The notes: a model not told the origin generated them from the letters alone. Shown: positions 27,864-39,333, counted from the first letter of the stretch. The stretch is 64,000 nt of DNA from an uncultured Gemmatimonadaceae bacterium (GCA_963790305.1 CAWBOC010000005.1:288001-352000), one strand, 5' to 3'. Program-made: numbers and translations.

Positions 27864-29876
27864 ATGAGCTCGAGGTCCTCTCAACCGCGCGTCGCGCTGT
27901 CCCTCGCGGTCCTCCTGTGCTCGGGCACAGTCACCAGCCGGTCCGCGCAAACTCCCGACCGCTGGTTCCTGAGTTCGGCGATCGGATCTGGATGGATCGC
28001 CGGGGAATATGGCGACGTCCTGCGCGAGCCGGTGTCTTTCGAGCTCAGCCTCGCCAAAGAACGTGATGCGTGGCGCTTCGGCGGCGCCCTCGAGTTCGGC
28101 TCGCTCGTTATGCAGTCGCCCTATGACGATCAGGACGACTGGTCCCGTATGGGCGTGTATGGGCTCGCGACGCGGGTGTTCCGCCACGACACCCGCGTGC
28201 GTCCCTACCTCCAGGCGCGGCTCGGGCTGTCTCGCGTACACCCTCGAAGCTCCGTCCTCCACGACATCTCGCCCGAGGACTTCGCGCGCGGTCACAATCC
28301 GACGCACGCAACGAACGGCATCGCGGTCGGGCTGCTGCCAGGCATGGAGATCGACGTTCATCCGACGCTTGCCCTCGATCTGTCGGCGGCGTGGGTCGCG
28401 TACAAGACCGGCGAGCTGCGCCTAACGCGCATCGGCCGGGAGCCGGTCAGCGTCGGCCACGAGTGGCAGCTCCGCGGCGGCCTCGCGTGGCATCCGCTGT
28501 CGAGAAACGCGAGGCGCGACGCGTGGGGTGTGCCGCGAAGCTGGGGGTGGGCGACCGGTGAAATGCTCGCCATCAACTTCGTCGCCAGTGCACTCAACGA
28601 GTATGTGCGCGGTGAAAGCGCCTACCCGATTACCGCGCGGACGATCAAGGGCAATTTCGACCACGGCTTCGCCTACGACGACAACGACTTCCGGACCAAT
28701 CAGCTCGTGCATCCGTTCAATGGCGGGGCCTACTTCAACACCGCCCGCGCCAACGGAATCGGGTTTTGGGGATCGGCCGGCATGGCGCTCGTGGGCGCAT
28801 TCGTGTGGGAATGCTGTGGCGAGTCGCAGCCCATGTCGTGGAACGACATGGTGAGTACGGGGCTCGGCGGCATCGCCCGTGGTGAAATCGCGCACCGCGT
28901 TGGCGCCGCCATCGTCGACAATACGGCGACCGGTCGCGAACGCCTCTGGCGCGAGGTCGGCGCCTTCCTCGTCAATCCGGTCGGCGAGTTCAACCGCCTC
29001 GTCTCCGGCCGCGCGAGGAGAGTCTTCGAGAACCCGTCGAATCCGAATGACTGGCGGCCTCAGCGCCTGGATCTGCAGACGGCAATCGGGGCGCGCGTGA
29101 TCGGCGAAGGGGCATCCATTGTCCACGATGCCAACGCGTACGGGTTCCTCGAGCTGGATCTCCTCTATGGGGATGCCTTCGTACGCAATCGCCGCCCGTT
29201 CGACCGCTTCGATGCGGCGATGCAGCTCAACTTCGGCGAGAAGACTCGGCTCGGCCGCATGATCATCCGCGGCGATCTGTGGTCGAAACCCCTCGGGGAT
29301 ACCGCCGGGCCACGACACGTCCTCGCCGTCGTGCAGGACTTTGACTACATCGACAACGAGGCCTACGTGTACGGCGGCCAGGGGTTCGGCCTCGCTCTCT
29401 TTTCGCAGCGCGGCGTTGGACGGGCGATGCTGCGCTCGCGCGCCGTCGGGTACCTCGTCGCCGGCGCTGCGGTGAATGCCGAGTACTCCTTTCTCGCCGA
29501 GATTCCCAATCCGCGGCAGCAGCGGAACTACGATTACGGAGGAGGAACGGGAGCGGCGCTGGAGCTCTTGCTGACCGGTCCCACGCGCCTAACGGGGTCG
29601 TTCAGCTATCGGTACACGCTCATCGCCGTTCGCAACGGGTCGCTCTACAACCCTCCCGAGGGCCCGCAGGGCTCGAGTGCAAATCATCACGTTCACCGGG
29701 GGGCGCTGATGCTGACTGTTCCCATTCCAGCTGGGATATGGCTCGGGAGCGAGTTCGCGCTCTTCTACCGGGACAGTCGGTACAGCGCGCCCGAGCTGAA
29801 AGATGCGAAGCAGCAGAATCCGGAGGTCCGCGTGTTCCTCGCCTTCCGGCCGGATCTGGGCCGTGGAGCCCGGTAG
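27864..29876 (+). CDS. DUF3943-family outer membrane protein with an N-terminal beta-barrel-like domain
   Basis: Signal peptide; YDDNDFRTNQLVHPFNGGAYFNTARANG...WE...SWND..STGLGG motif; start uncertain. Confidence 0.7.
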   Translation: MSSRSSQPRVALSLAVLLCSGTVTSRSAQTPDRWFLSSAIGSGWIAGEYGDVLREPVSFELSLAKERDAWRFGGALEFGSLVMQSPYDDQDDWSRMGVYGLATRVFRHDTRVRPYLQARLGLSRVHPRSSVLHDISPEDFARGHNPTHATNGIAVGLLPGMEIDVHPTLALDLSAAWVAYKTGELRLTRIGREPVSVGHEWQLRGGLAWHPLSRNARRDAWGVPRSWGWATGEMLAINFVASALNEYVRGESAYPITARTIKGNFDHGFAYDDNDFRTNQLVHPFNGGAYFNTARANGIGFWGSAGMALVGAFVWECCGESQPMSWNDMVSTGLGGIARGEIAHRVGAAIVDNTATGRERLWREVGAFLVNPVGEFNRLVSGRARRVFENPSNPNDWRPQRLDLQTAIGARVIGEGASIVHDANAYGFLELDLLYGDAFVRNRRPFDRFDAAMQLNFGEKTRLGRMIIRGDLWSKPLGDTAGPRHVLAVVQDFDYIDNEAYVYGGQGFGLALFSQRGVGRAMLRSRAVGYLVAGAAVNAEYSFLAEIPNPRQQRNYDYGGGTGAALELLLTGPTRLTGSFSYRYTLIAVRNGSLYNPPEGPQGSSANHHVHRGALMLTVPIPAGIWLGSEFALFYRDSRYSAPELKDAKQQNPEVRVFLAFRPDLGRGAR

Positions 29877-29898
29877 CGCGATTCACGCACCACGACCG

Positions 29899-29937
29899 GA
29901 GGAATGAGGAAGCACCAAGTCCACTTCCTCATTCCTC
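29899..29937. terminator. Inverted repeat between convergent genes
   Basis: GAGGAATGAGGAAG-N11-CTTCCTCATTCCTC (14-bp stem). Confidence 0.55.
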
Positions 29938-29949
29938 GCTCCTGCTCCT

Positions 29950-31068
29950 CTAGTAGTAGAACACCTGGAGCTGCGCGGTAAACTGATTGGACGCGTCGCC
30001 GATGTCGGGGTTGAGTCGAGAGTACGCGACCTTGAGGTTCGCGTTATGGCCTGAGATGTAGTACGTGAGTCCGGCCTGGTACCGGGCGATGTCGTTCGCC
30101 GCGGCGGCGTCGAAGTCCTGGGTCTCGAACTTCACGAAGGGCATGAGCCGCACGGGCTTGAAGTACACCCCGGCCTCGGCGAAAATCGCCGTCTGCTCGG
30201 CCACCGTCGGGAAGGTCTGGCCCCCGTCGTACGCGAAATAGTCGACTTGCGCCGTCACCGACACGGAGTCGCCGACGGGATAATCGAGGAAGGCATCGAT
30301 GGTCCACGCCTTGTAGTTGTCGCCCGGTCCAGCCTGCATGTCGAACCCACCGCCGAGGGCGAGCACGCGCTTCGTTCCCAGATAGGTGCCCGTGTAGAAG
30401 ATGCCGGGCGTCTCGGCATCGAGGAGATTGACCTGAAGCCGCCCGACACCGCGCAGCGGATTCCGCGAGCCGGCCGCGCGAAATCCCTGAAACGCACCGA
30501 CGCGATACTCGATGCGATTCCCGTTGAAGTACCCCTTCGCCTGGAAGCCGATGTCGCGCCCCACGCTCGATTGTGTAGCAGGCGTAGCCAGAAATGCGAA
30601 GGAGCTGTAATCGAGGCTCAGCAGCGTCGCCGCGCTCTGAATGCAATTCCGGCAGAAGGGCACGAACATCAACCCGGCCGAGATGGTGAGCGGATCCGAC
30701 AGCTTTACCTCCGCCAATGCGTCCTGCAGGATGAACCCGCTCCCGAGGGCCTTCGGCGCGCGTCCGAGATTCGGATTGTCGGTCTCGATGAAGAAGCTGA
30801 TGTTCTTCGCGACCTGCCCGCCGACGAGCAGCCGCGCGCGTCGCAGATACAGGTTCTGCGCGTAGCCCTCACTCACGGGATCCTGCGTCCAGTCACCCCA
30901 TCCCTGGAGGAGCGTCCCGAACCGGATCGTGACATCCTCGCCGACCTTGATCGATGCCTGGGCGCCGGCCGACGATGACATCGTCGTGAAGGCGATCGCG
31001 AGCAGCACGTAAATCCCCGCGCGCCGCGTAAACCGAGTGACTCGCTCAGCCGACCGTTCCGTGGTCAT
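29950..31068 (-). CDS. Porin (OprO/OprP-like outer membrane beta-barrel)
   Basis: Signal peptide, LRRARL, GRDIG and an aromatic C-terminal strand (QLQVFYY). Confidence 0.75.
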   Translation of the reverse strand: MTTERSAERVTRFTRRAGIYVLLAIAFTTMSSSAGAQASIKVGEDVTIRFGTLLQGWGDWTQDPVSEGYAQNLYLRRARLLVGGQVAKNISFFIETDNPNLGRAPKALGSGFILQDALAEVKLSDPLTISAGLMFVPFCRNCIQSAATLLSLDYSSFAFLATPATQSSVGRDIGFQAKGYFNGNRIEYRVGAFQGFRAAGSRNPLRGVGRLQVNLLDAETPGIFYTGTYLGTKRVLALGGGFDMQAGPGDNYKAWTIDAFLDYPVGDSVSVTAQVDYFAYDGGQTFPTVAEQTAIFAEAGVYFKPVRLMPFVKFETQDFDAAAANDIARYQAGLTYYISGHNANLKVAYSRLNPDIGDASNQFTAQLQVFYY

Positions 31069-31182
31069 GTGACCTCCCGGGTGCGAGTTCCGTTGCCCTG
31101 CGCTCGCGTACGATGCTACGCAATCGTGGTCATGGTACCGAGACTCGAGGTCGAGAAACCACGACCTGTCTCACAATCCTGT

Positions 31183-32250
31183 TCAAAAGATCACGATCAG
31201 CTGCCCCACCAGCTCGTTGGCGGAATTCGACGGCCGCTCACGCTTCACGATCCAGTTGGCCTGAAATCGCACCACCTCGGGGACCGAGACGATGTTGAGC
31301 CCGTAGGTCGTCCAGGTGAGCCGGGAGGTCAATGTCGTACCCGTCTCGGTGCGGGCATCACGCAGCCGCTCCCATTTTACCACCGGTTGCACGTGTCGGC
31401 CAACGCGATAGGACGCCATGAGATAGTGTCCGGCCGCGCGCTGCGACACTCCGCCGTTGAGCGGGGCGCGACGCTCGATGCGCTCCCCCTCCAGCACGAA
31501 GCCGTTCGCCTTCCAGCGCACGTCGTATCCCCACCGGTGATCGGCGCCTTCTCCCGCCCATTTCCCGGCAATCGCGAGGCTCGTCGTCGGCAAGAACGTC
31601 AGTCGTCCGGCCGCAAGCTGCTTGCCGTTCGTGTTGCTGAGCACGTTAGGACCTTCGCCATTTACGAGCGCACCGGCGACGGTCACGCGATCCGCAAACG
31701 CGAGATGGGCCATCACGCCAATGTCGCGACGCGTCGCGAGCCGCTCGACCACCTGAGAGCGCAGCGCGGTCTGAAGAAGCGAGAAGCCCGTCAGAAATTC
31801 CAGACTGAATGGCGTCTTGAACTGGCCAATGATCACGCTCGGACGAATTCCGCCGAGGGGCCTCCACTCGTTAGGGGGCATCAGTTGCACGTATGCGTCG
31901 GTCACGACGACGCCGGGAACGGTGTCGCTTCCGCTGCGCCCCAGGGCCGCGAAGTTGCCCTGGACCTTCACCATCGCGAACTCGCTGGGCGCGGCCGTGA
32001 CCGTGATCCGTGCTTGAGTGATGCTGAACGTCGAGGAATCCCGGCGGATCGTCTCCCGAACCGATACATAGCCACTCAAATGCAGCTCACCGCTGGATGC
32101 TCGCGGGTCGAGCACTGGTGACGGTGCCAGGGGGTACTGTGCCTCGGATGCCGTGGCGCCAAGGATGAACGCGGTCGCGATGAGAGACGTGCGGATGCGG
32201 AGATGTTGCAGGTCGACCCTCATTCGTACCGGACATCGAACCTTCGTCAC
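31183..32250 (-). CDS. Porin (OprO/OprP-like)
   Basis: DAYVQ, GQFKTPFSLE, RDIG and C-terminal QLIVIF; start uncertain. Confidence 0.75.
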   Translation of the reverse strand: MTKVRCPVRMRVDLQHLRIRTSLIATAFILGATASEAQYPLAPSPVLDPRASSGELHLSGYVSVRETIRRDSSTFSITQARITVTAAPSEFAMVKVQGNFAALGRSGSDTVPGVVVTDAYVQLMPPNEWRPLGGIRPSVIIGQFKTPFSLEFLTGFSLLQTALRSQVVERLATRRDIGVMAHLAFADRVTVAGALVNGEGPNVLSNTNGKQLAAGRLTFLPTTSLAIAGKWAGEGADHRWGYDVRWKANGFVLEGERIERRAPLNGGVSQRAAGHYLMASYRVGRHVQPVVKWERLRDARTETGTTLTSRLTWTTYGLNIVSVPEVVRFQANWIVKRERPSNSANELVGQLIVIF

Positions 32251-32271
32251 AACGGAGTGCAGCGCAAGGTC

Positions 32272-34566
32272 TCAGGCGCCGTACATGCTTCTGTAGAGCT
32301 CACGGTTGCGGAGAATGATGCGCACGTAATCCCGCGTCTCACGGAACGGGATACGCTCCACGAAGACTTCGGGATCGTCCGTCCCTGGCTTCTCGAGCCA
32401 CCGCTTCGCGCGAGAGCTTCCGGCGTTGTACGCAGCGAGCGCGTGCGAGACATGCGCATAGCCACTGAGGAGACCGGCGAGATGCGTCGTGCCGAGCTCG
32501 AGGCTCACGTCGGGCTGGTAGAGCAGCTCGGCATCCCACATGTGGTAGTCTTCTCCCGAGGCCAGTTGACGGCCTACGGCGGGCATGATCTGCATGAGAC
32601 CACGCGCTCCGGCACGCGAGGTCGCTCGCGGCTCGAAGCTCGATTCCTGGCGAATGAGCGCCGCCACCAGCGCCGGATCGATGCGGCGGCGTTGCGCCTC
32701 ACGCGTGAGCGGTCCCTTGAACGCGAGAGGATACAGCGCCTCGTACAGCCGCTCATCCCGCGCGGCGCCACTCGACAGCGCTCTGTTCCCCAGGCGAATC
32801 GCGCGCGGCGCGAGGTCTCGTTGACGGAACGCGTGCGCGGCTGCCAGCGTCGCCTCGACCGAACGCTCCGCCTGGGACACGAGCCAGTCGTACTCGAGCT
32901 GCGCCTCGGTGTCCATCCCGAGATGCAGGAGGAGGTCGGCACGCCGCAGCGCCGCGACCATGAGCGAATCCGGTGCGATGGTGTCACTCACCGCGCTCGG
33001 TGCCCACGTCTCACGCTCCAGTCGCCGCGCGGCAAGCATCGCGTAATACGATCCGGGGTCTCGCGTGATCACGTCCGACCATCGCGCGCGAGCGGTGGTG
33101 CTGTCGCCCAGTCGTTCCCAGGCGCGGCCGCTCCAGTACAGCCCCGACAGCGTCTCGGTGCTGCTCGGCCAATGCAGCGCCAGCGTGTCCAGCTCGAGCG
33201 CCGCCGCTCGAAAGTCCGCCTTGACGAAGGCGAGAATGGCGGCCCTGAAACGCGCGCTCGCCCCGAGCGCCGACGACGGGTACTTCGCCGCCACTCGACG
33301 GAAGAACGTGCGGGCGTCGTCGTCGCGTCCATCATCGGCCGAGAGGTCGCCCAGGAGGTAGAGTGCGGACGACGCGGCCGACGTGTCGGCGGCGTACTGT
33401 GTGACGATCGACTCGAGCGCTGTGCTGGCCCTGGTCCCCTGGCCATCCCGCAGGAGTGCGCGCGCCCGCTCGTAGGCCGCCCTCCCGACCAGCTTCGAGG
33501 AAGCGGGCACATTCGCGAACTGCACCGCCGCTTCGCGATAGCGGCCGGCATTCGCCAGGGCCGTGGCGTAGGCGTATCGATCGTTAGGCGTGGCCCGCCC
33601 CGCCTTGATCGCCCGGGCGAAGCCGTCGAGCGCGCGCGTCGCCGGCCCTGACACGGCGGCGCTGCGCGCGACGGTCAGCTCTTCGTCGGCGGTGAGCGGC
33701 GTGACGCTGCCGTCGATGAGCTCTACGGCCAGACGCGCATTCGTGCTTCCCCGCCCGGTCGTCACGATCTGAAAGAGCGCGCGGCGTATCGTGTCCCGCG
33801 CCAGGGTGTCCCCTGCAGCCGCGGCAGCCGCGAGGCGCAGACGAAGCGCCGACATGCGCGCGCCCAGCGCTTCGTAGGCGAGCACTGCGCCGGCGAGATC
33901 GCTCGTGCGCTCTCGCGCCTGCGCGTCCACCCAGGACACGCGTGACCTGGCCGCGTCTCCTTGCAGCGCCAGGTAGTGTGCTGCACGTGACGCGCTGTCG
34001 GCGGTCACCGCCGCGGCGCGCAACCGAAGCCAATCCGCGACGTCCGGGAGGAGCGTCGCAGCCTCAGCATATGCAGCACCAGCGCGGTCCAGCGAGTCCA
34101 TGCGATCGAGCGCGCGGGCGATGAGGACGACCCGGGCTCCTCGCTCCTGCGAGGTGCTCGCCTGACTCACCGCGAGCTGCGCGTGACGAAGGACGACGGT
34201 ATCTTCGCGACGCGCGGTAGCGGCTCGAGCGAGGAGCTCACGGCCGAGCCCGGCGAATCGCGAGTCCAGCCACATCTCCTTCGCGAGGAGCCGATCGACC
34301 TGGCTCCATCCGCCCCACTCGGCGGCTGCTCTCGCCGCGAGGAGCACGCGCTCAGGCGTTCGCTGCGCGGAATCACGAAGGACGGGCTCCAGAATCTGTG
34401 CCGCGCGCCATGGCTGACCGTTCTGGAGCGCCGCGGTGGCAGTGAGCAGAATCGAATCGCCGGCCGCGGGGGCCTCGAGCGCCCCTTCCGACATCTCGCG
34501 CGCCGCGGGCTGGCTGCAGCTCACCGCGGAAACAAGCAGACAGAACAGCAAACGTCTCATATCCAC
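32272..34566 (-). CDS. Soluble lytic transglycosylase (TPR + SLT domain), probable lipoprotein
   Basis: LIRQESSF, GARGLMQIMP, AAYNAG and IPFRETRDYV; N-terminal AVSC. Confidence 0.92.
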   Translation of the reverse strand: MDMRRLLFCLLVSAVSCSQPAAREMSEGALEAPAAGDSILLTATAALQNGQPWRAAQILEPVLRDSAQRTPERVLLAARAAAEWGGWSQVDRLLAKEMWLDSRFAGLGRELLARAATARREDTVVLRHAQLAVSQASTSQERGARVVLIARALDRMDSLDRAGAAYAEAATLLPDVADWLRLRAAAVTADSASRAAHYLALQGDAARSRVSWVDAQARERTSDLAGAVLAYEALGARMSALRLRLAAAAAAGDTLARDTIRRALFQIVTTGRGSTNARLAVELIDGSVTPLTADEELTVARSAAVSGPATRALDGFARAIKAGRATPNDRYAYATALANAGRYREAAVQFANVPASSKLVGRAAYERARALLRDGQGTRASTALESIVTQYAADTSAASSALYLLGDLSADDGRDDDARTFFRRVAAKYPSSALGASARFRAAILAFVKADFRAAALELDTLALHWPSSTETLSGLYWSGRAWERLGDSTTARARWSDVITRDPGSYYAMLAARRLERETWAPSAVSDTIAPDSLMVAALRRADLLLHLGMDTEAQLEYDWLVSQAERSVEATLAAAHAFRQRDLAPRAIRLGNRALSSGAARDERLYEALYPLAFKGPLTREAQRRRIDPALVAALIRQESSFEPRATSRAGARGLMQIMPAVGRQLASGEDYHMWDAELLYQPDVSLELGTTHLAGLLSGYAHVSHALAAYNAGSSRAKRWLEKPGTDDPEVFVERIPFRETRDYVRIILRNRELYRSMYGA

Positions 34567-34641
34567 CTCAGACTACTCGTCGGCCTTCGCGTCACGCCAC
34601 GGAGGCAGGGCGGATATTGCAAGTACAAGTCCGCGTCTTCC

Positions 34642-35433
34642 TCATACACCAGCGGGCTTGACGAGGTCGAAGAGGACGTAGTAGGGAACGCGCGCCGCGT
34701 CCTCGAGATCGGGCCGTAGCTCGAGCGCCGAGGCGGTCGGCGAGGGCTCGCGAAACCCGCGCAGCCGAAACCCGGCGGTCAATACCCACTCGAACCAGTC
34801 CTCCAGGGTCGCGTGCATGGCCGGGGTGGACACCGTCTCACCGAACCGCTCCCACGTGTACGTGATGGGCCCGCGCTCGAAGTATCGATCCACGCAGAGC
34901 CACCTTTTTGCCCCGCTCACGTCGCGCTCCCAGCGGCGAAACGGCATGTCGCTGCAGGGATGGGTGATCGAGGCTACGAATCGGCTACCCGGGCGGAGGA
35001 CGGTGAATACTCCGCGCAGCACGTCGGCGGCGTTAGGCATGTCCTGAAGCGCCATGCACGATGTCGCCATGTCGAACGATCCCAACCGTGTGTACGAGGT
35101 GACGTCGGCGGCATCCGCGATGCGATACGCAATCCCCAGCGGCGCCTCGGCCTCATGGCGCTCGGCAATCGCGATCATCCGCGGTGAGATGTCGATCCCG
35201 GTGACGTTCGCACCCCGCTCGGCCATCGCCCGAGCCAGGTAGCCGCTTCCACACCCGACATCGAGCAGGCGAAGGCCTCGCACATCGCCACAGAGCTCGA
35301 GGTGCGCCGGGCCGAAGAATTCGGATCGGTAGTAGTCGAGACCCGACGTCTGCGCACGATCGAATGCTGCGGCCGCGCGGTCCCACGAGTCGCGCACGGA
35401 CTCGGCGTCGAAGCGCGGAGCCGGTTCCGTCAC
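34642..35433 (-). CDS. Class I SAM-dependent methyltransferase
   Basis: [14 protein letters not shown] and [12 protein letters not shown]. Confidence 0.9.
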   Translation of the reverse strand: MTEPAPRFDAESVRDSWDRAAAAFDRAQTSGLDYYRSEFFGPAHLELCGDVRGLRLLDVGCGSGYLARAMAERGANVTGIDISPRMIAIAERHEAEAPLGIAYRIADAADVTSYTRLGSFDMATSCMALQDMPNAADVLRGVFTVLRPGSRFVASITHPCSDMPFRRWERDVSGAKRWLCVDRYFERGPITYTWERFGETVSTPAMHATLEDWFEWVLTAGFRLRGFREPSPTASALELRPDLEDAARVPYYVLFDLVKPAGV

Positions 35434-37185
35434 GGCGCGCGCGGCAGCGTCAACGTGAACGTCGATCCCACGCCGACCTCGCTCTCCACTGAAAGATCGC
35501 CGCCCATTCCGCGCGCGAGATCACGGCTGATGGCGAGTCCAAGACCTATTCCTTCCTCGGTTCGCGTGAGCCGGGCGTTCACCTGTACGAATGGGTCGAA
35601 GATCGAGTCGATCTGGCCCGCGGGAATGCCGATACCGGTGTCCGACACGTGGAACGCGAGCGTGTCCGCACGGGGCTCGCAGCGCAGCCGCACCGATTCC
35701 GCCAGGCGGAGTGAACTTGACGGCGTTGGACAGCAGATTGACGAAGATCTGACCGACCCGTTCGCGATCAGCGAGGACGTATTGGTCCGCGCGACCGTTT
35801 TCCCGCTCGAAGGAGAGCGACTTGGCACGGAGAAGCGGCGCGACGAGAGGCTCTATCGTCGACATGAGCTCTTCGGCGGAGCGTGGCGCGATCTCGTACC
35901 GCATCGCACCCGCTTCGATGCGCGTGTAATTGAGCACCTCGTTGATTAATCCAAGGAGGTGGGTCTGGCTTCGCTTGATGCGCGCGAGGTCGTTGCGCTG
36001 CCACTCGGTCACGGGACCCCTGACCTCCATCTCCATGAGCTCGACATACCCGCCGATCGCGTTCAACGGGGTGCGCAGCTCGTGGCTCATCACGGCGAGG
36101 AAGTCGCTCTTGGCGCGGTTCGCGGCTTCGGCGTCGGCGCGCGCACGAGCCGCCTCCGCGGCCGCCTCCTGTGCTCGGCGTGTTGCACGCTCGGCCTGGG
36201 TACGTGCGGCCTCCTCACGCTCGAGCACGAGCTGACGCTCGCGGTCCACCGCCCGCACGACGACGACGCTCCGCATCACGATGGCGAGCAATACGCCGAT
36301 AGTCGTTAGGCTCAGCAGCGCGATTCCACCCTCGCGACTGACGACCGGGACTTCGCGCCCCCGAATGAAGAGCCATCCGAGCAGAAGGGGAACGACAATG
36401 GTGGCAGGCAGCAGTCGCCGCGCGAGCAACGCGCCCAGATCGGGTGCCGTGAGGAGCGCGACGTGGCCCCGATCCGGCCGGGCGAGCACCAGGCCGACAA
36501 GAAGAAACATGAAGGCGAGCGTCGTAATGAGCGCCATCCCCGCGGCGCGATCGATCGCGTAGAGCGGCCTCGCGCCATAGAGATGCCCGACCAGCGCCAG
36601 GGTCGCGATCGCGAGGCCGGTCGACGCCAGGAGTTGCGAGGGCCGCCATCCTCGCCTGGTCTCGACCTCGATCGTCAGCAACGACGCCCCCACGAGCGTG
36701 AAGCAGACCGTCGAGTTGGTGGCCATGAGGCCGACTGGCCGGTACGGAAAGAGGGCGACCCGCTCGGAAAACATCAGCCGGTCGATCCCGAAGTCGACAC
36801 CGGTAACGCGCTCGATGAACGACATGAGTCCCAGCAGCAGAACGACTCCCGCCAAGACACGGCCGAAACGAACCGCGTTGACGGGTGCGTCCTCACGTCG
36901 CAGGAGCCAGAGCGCCAGCCCGCCCATCATGAACCCAACCGACGTATTGGGCAGCATGACGATGGAATCCGGCGGCAGATATCGCAGCCACGCGATGTCG
37001 AAGGTCCACCCAATGAACACCAGGGCGCCTATCGCGATCACGACAACGGCCGCTAGCGCTGACACCCGAGAGCCCAGGCGGCGCGACGGTGCCGAAAAAG
37101 ATTCTGGTATCACGACCGTGCGATCTACTGCTTCAGGGCTTCGATGGGTGGCGGAATGTACCTGTTGACCAATCCTCGTAAGCAC
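35430..37185 (-). pseudogene. Membrane sensor histidine kinase with apparent +1 frameshift near 35697
   Basis: About 7 TM helices, MSHELRTPLNAI and [10 protein letters not shown] in one frame; [17 protein letters not shown] and GSTFTL in the next frame. Start may be GTG 37113. Confidence 0.85.
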
Positions 37186-37248
37186 GCTCTGGACCGCGGC
37201 GGTAGCTTGGGCTCACGCCTATTCCAGCCCGCCCCGAGGAGAACGCCG

Positions 37249-38328
37249 GTGACGCCAATCCGAGAACCCTTTCACGTCGGCCTCATCGGCTACGGTCTCG
37301 CTGGGGAGTCCTTCCACGCGCCGTTCATCGGCGTGACACCCGGTCTGCGACTCGCTGTCGTCGTCACCGGAAATCCGGACCGTCGGCGCGCGGCCCTACG
37401 GGCACATCCCAATGCGACCGTCGTCGAATCGGCATCACACCTCTGGGAGCGCGCGCGCGATCTCGATGTCGTCGTGATCGCCACGCCGAACCGCACGCAT
37501 GCGCCGCTTGCGATGGAGGCTCTCGCTCACGGGCTCGACGTTGTCGTCGACAAGCCCTTCGCGACCAGCGTGAGCGAGGCCCGCGCGCTCGTCGCCGAGG
37601 CGCAGCGAAGAGATCGGTTCATCACGGTGTACCAGAACCGCCGATGGGACGGCGATTTTCTCACTCTCCAACGCCTGCTCGCCGAGGATGCGGTTGGCCG
37701 TCCGCTGCGCTTCGAGTCGCGTTTCGAGCGCTGGCGTCCCCTTCCTCGAGGCAACTGGCGTGAGAGTGGAGCACCAGAAGAGGCGGGGGGCATCCTGTTC
37801 GATCTTGGAAGTCATATCATTGATCAGGCGCTCCTGCTGTTCGGTCCCGCGCTCCAGGTCTATGCCGAGCTCGATGTTCGTCGCGCTGGCGTCGAGGCGG
37901 ACGACGACTCGTTCGTCGCACTCACTCACGCGAACGGCGTGCGGTCGCACTTGTTCATGACCGCCCTCGCGGCGCAGACCGGGCCGCGGTTCCGCGTGTT
38001 GGGGAGTCGCGGCGCGTACGTGAAATGGGGAATGGACCCGCAGGAAACGAAGCTGCGCGAGGGACAGTCGCCCGATACCCCTGGATTCGGCGAAGATCCC
38101 GAGAGCCACTGGGGAATGCTGGGAGTGGGAACGGAGTTGAGGACCGTCCCTACCGAAACCGGTGCCTATCGACGATTCTACGAAGGTGTGGTCGACGCCC
38201 TGCGCCGCATCGCACCGCCGCCCGTAAACCCTCACGACGCGATCGCAGCGCTGGCCGTCATCGAGGCCGCACGCCGATCCGCCGCTGAGCGCGTCATCGC
38301 CGTCCCGAATGACGCCTCTCGGATCTAG
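37249..38328 (+). CDS. Gfo/Idh/MocA-family oxidoreductase (IolW/YdgJ-like)
   Basis: GLIGYGLAG, VVVDKPF, YQNRRWDGDF and DLGSH; GAGGAG RBS. Confidence 0.92.
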   Translation: MTPIREPFHVGLIGYGLAGESFHAPFIGVTPGLRLAVVVTGNPDRRRAALRAHPNATVVESASHLWERARDLDVVVIATPNRTHAPLAMEALAHGLDVVVDKPFATSVSEARALVAEAQRRDRFITVYQNRRWDGDFLTLQRLLAEDAVGRPLRFESRFERWRPLPRGNWRESGAPEEAGGILFDLGSHIIDQALLLFGPALQVYAELDVRRAGVEADDDSFVALTHANGVRSHLFMTALAAQTGPRFRVLGSRGAYVKWGMDPQETKLREGQSPDTPGFGEDPESHWGMLGVGTELRTVPTETGAYRRFYEGVVDALRRIAPPPVNPHDAIAALAVIEAARRSAAERVIAVPNDASRI

Positions 38329-38361
38329 CGACGTCGACGCCTACCGGATACCAGAGACTCG

Positions 38362-39333
38362 ATGTCCACGCCTGTCATCCCGCCACTGGCCACCCGGCGA
38401 GCTCGCCGGCGCCTGCGCCTAACGGGCGTCGTCGCCATCGTCGTGCTCGTGATCGGCATCGCCGGAAGCCTGTGGCTCAGCCGGGACCCCGAGCCGCGTA
38501 TGCTGGAGCGACGCTCTCGCCTGGCAGGGGTGACGGAAGGTCGCGCCGTTCGAGAGGGAGCCCACGAGCTGCGCGACGTGAAGCTGCGCGCGGAAAGCGG
38601 GATCGAGGTCGAGCTGACCGTCAAGCGCCCTCTGGCCGACGGTAACGCGAAGGCGCGCCGGCCGATCGCGCTCGTTCTCGGCGGTCACCGAACCGCGCGA
38701 AGCGCGGTCAAGTTCATTCCTGATGCGGGAGAGATGATCGTCGCCGCACTCTCGTACCCGTATGCCGGAGAGCCGCGCCCGGATGCACTCGAGTTCGTGC
38801 GAGACATTCCAAACATTCGGCGAGCATTCCTCGACACGCCACCGGCGATCATGCTCGCCCTCGATTACCTGCTGGCACAGCCCGACGTCGATCCCAACTG
38901 GGTCGAGGTCGTCGGCGTCAGCCTCGGCGGCCCCTTTGTCACGATCGCCGCCGCGCTCAATGAGCGCATCAGCCGCGTGTGGGTCGTGCACGGCTCCGCG
39001 GGATCGTACCGGCCGCTCGAGGTCAGCATGCGGCGTGAGATTCCGGTGCCGGGTCTCAGGCATGCCGCCGCGGCGCTTTCGGCTCTCATCATCAACCCGC
39101 GCATGGCCCCCGAGAAGTGGGTGCACCGGGTCGCTCCCAGGCCTTTCATGATGGTGAATGCGCGAGACGACGAGCGCATGCCGCGCGAGCTCGTGGAACG
39201 GCTCTTCGAAGGCGCCAATGAGCCGAAGTCGATCGTCTGGCTGCCCGGCGGCCACGTTCGGTCCAACGCCGCCGTCCTGAAGCCCCTGGTGGACACGGTC
39301 GTCGCCATGATGGCCAGCCAACCGCCACGGTAA
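38362..39333 (+). CDS. Membrane-anchored alpha/beta hydrolase
   Basis: N-terminal TM helix, GVSLG nucleophile elbow, DE and GGH near the C-terminus. Confidence 0.75.
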   Translation: MSTPVIPPLATRRARRRLRLTGVVAIVVLVIGIAGSLWLSRDPEPRMLERRSRLAGVTEGRAVREGAHELRDVKLRAESGIEVELTVKRPLADGNAKARRPIALVLGGHRTARSAVKFIPDAGEMIVAALSYPYAGEPRPDALEFVRDIPNIRRAFLDTPPAIMLALDYLLAQPDVDPNWVEVVGVSLGGPFVTIAAALNERISRVWVVHGSAGSYRPLEVSMRREIPVPGLRHAAAALSALIINPRMAPEKWVHRVAPRPFMMVNARDDERMPRELVERLFEGANEPKSIVWLPGGHVRSNAAVLKPLVDTVVAMMASQPPR

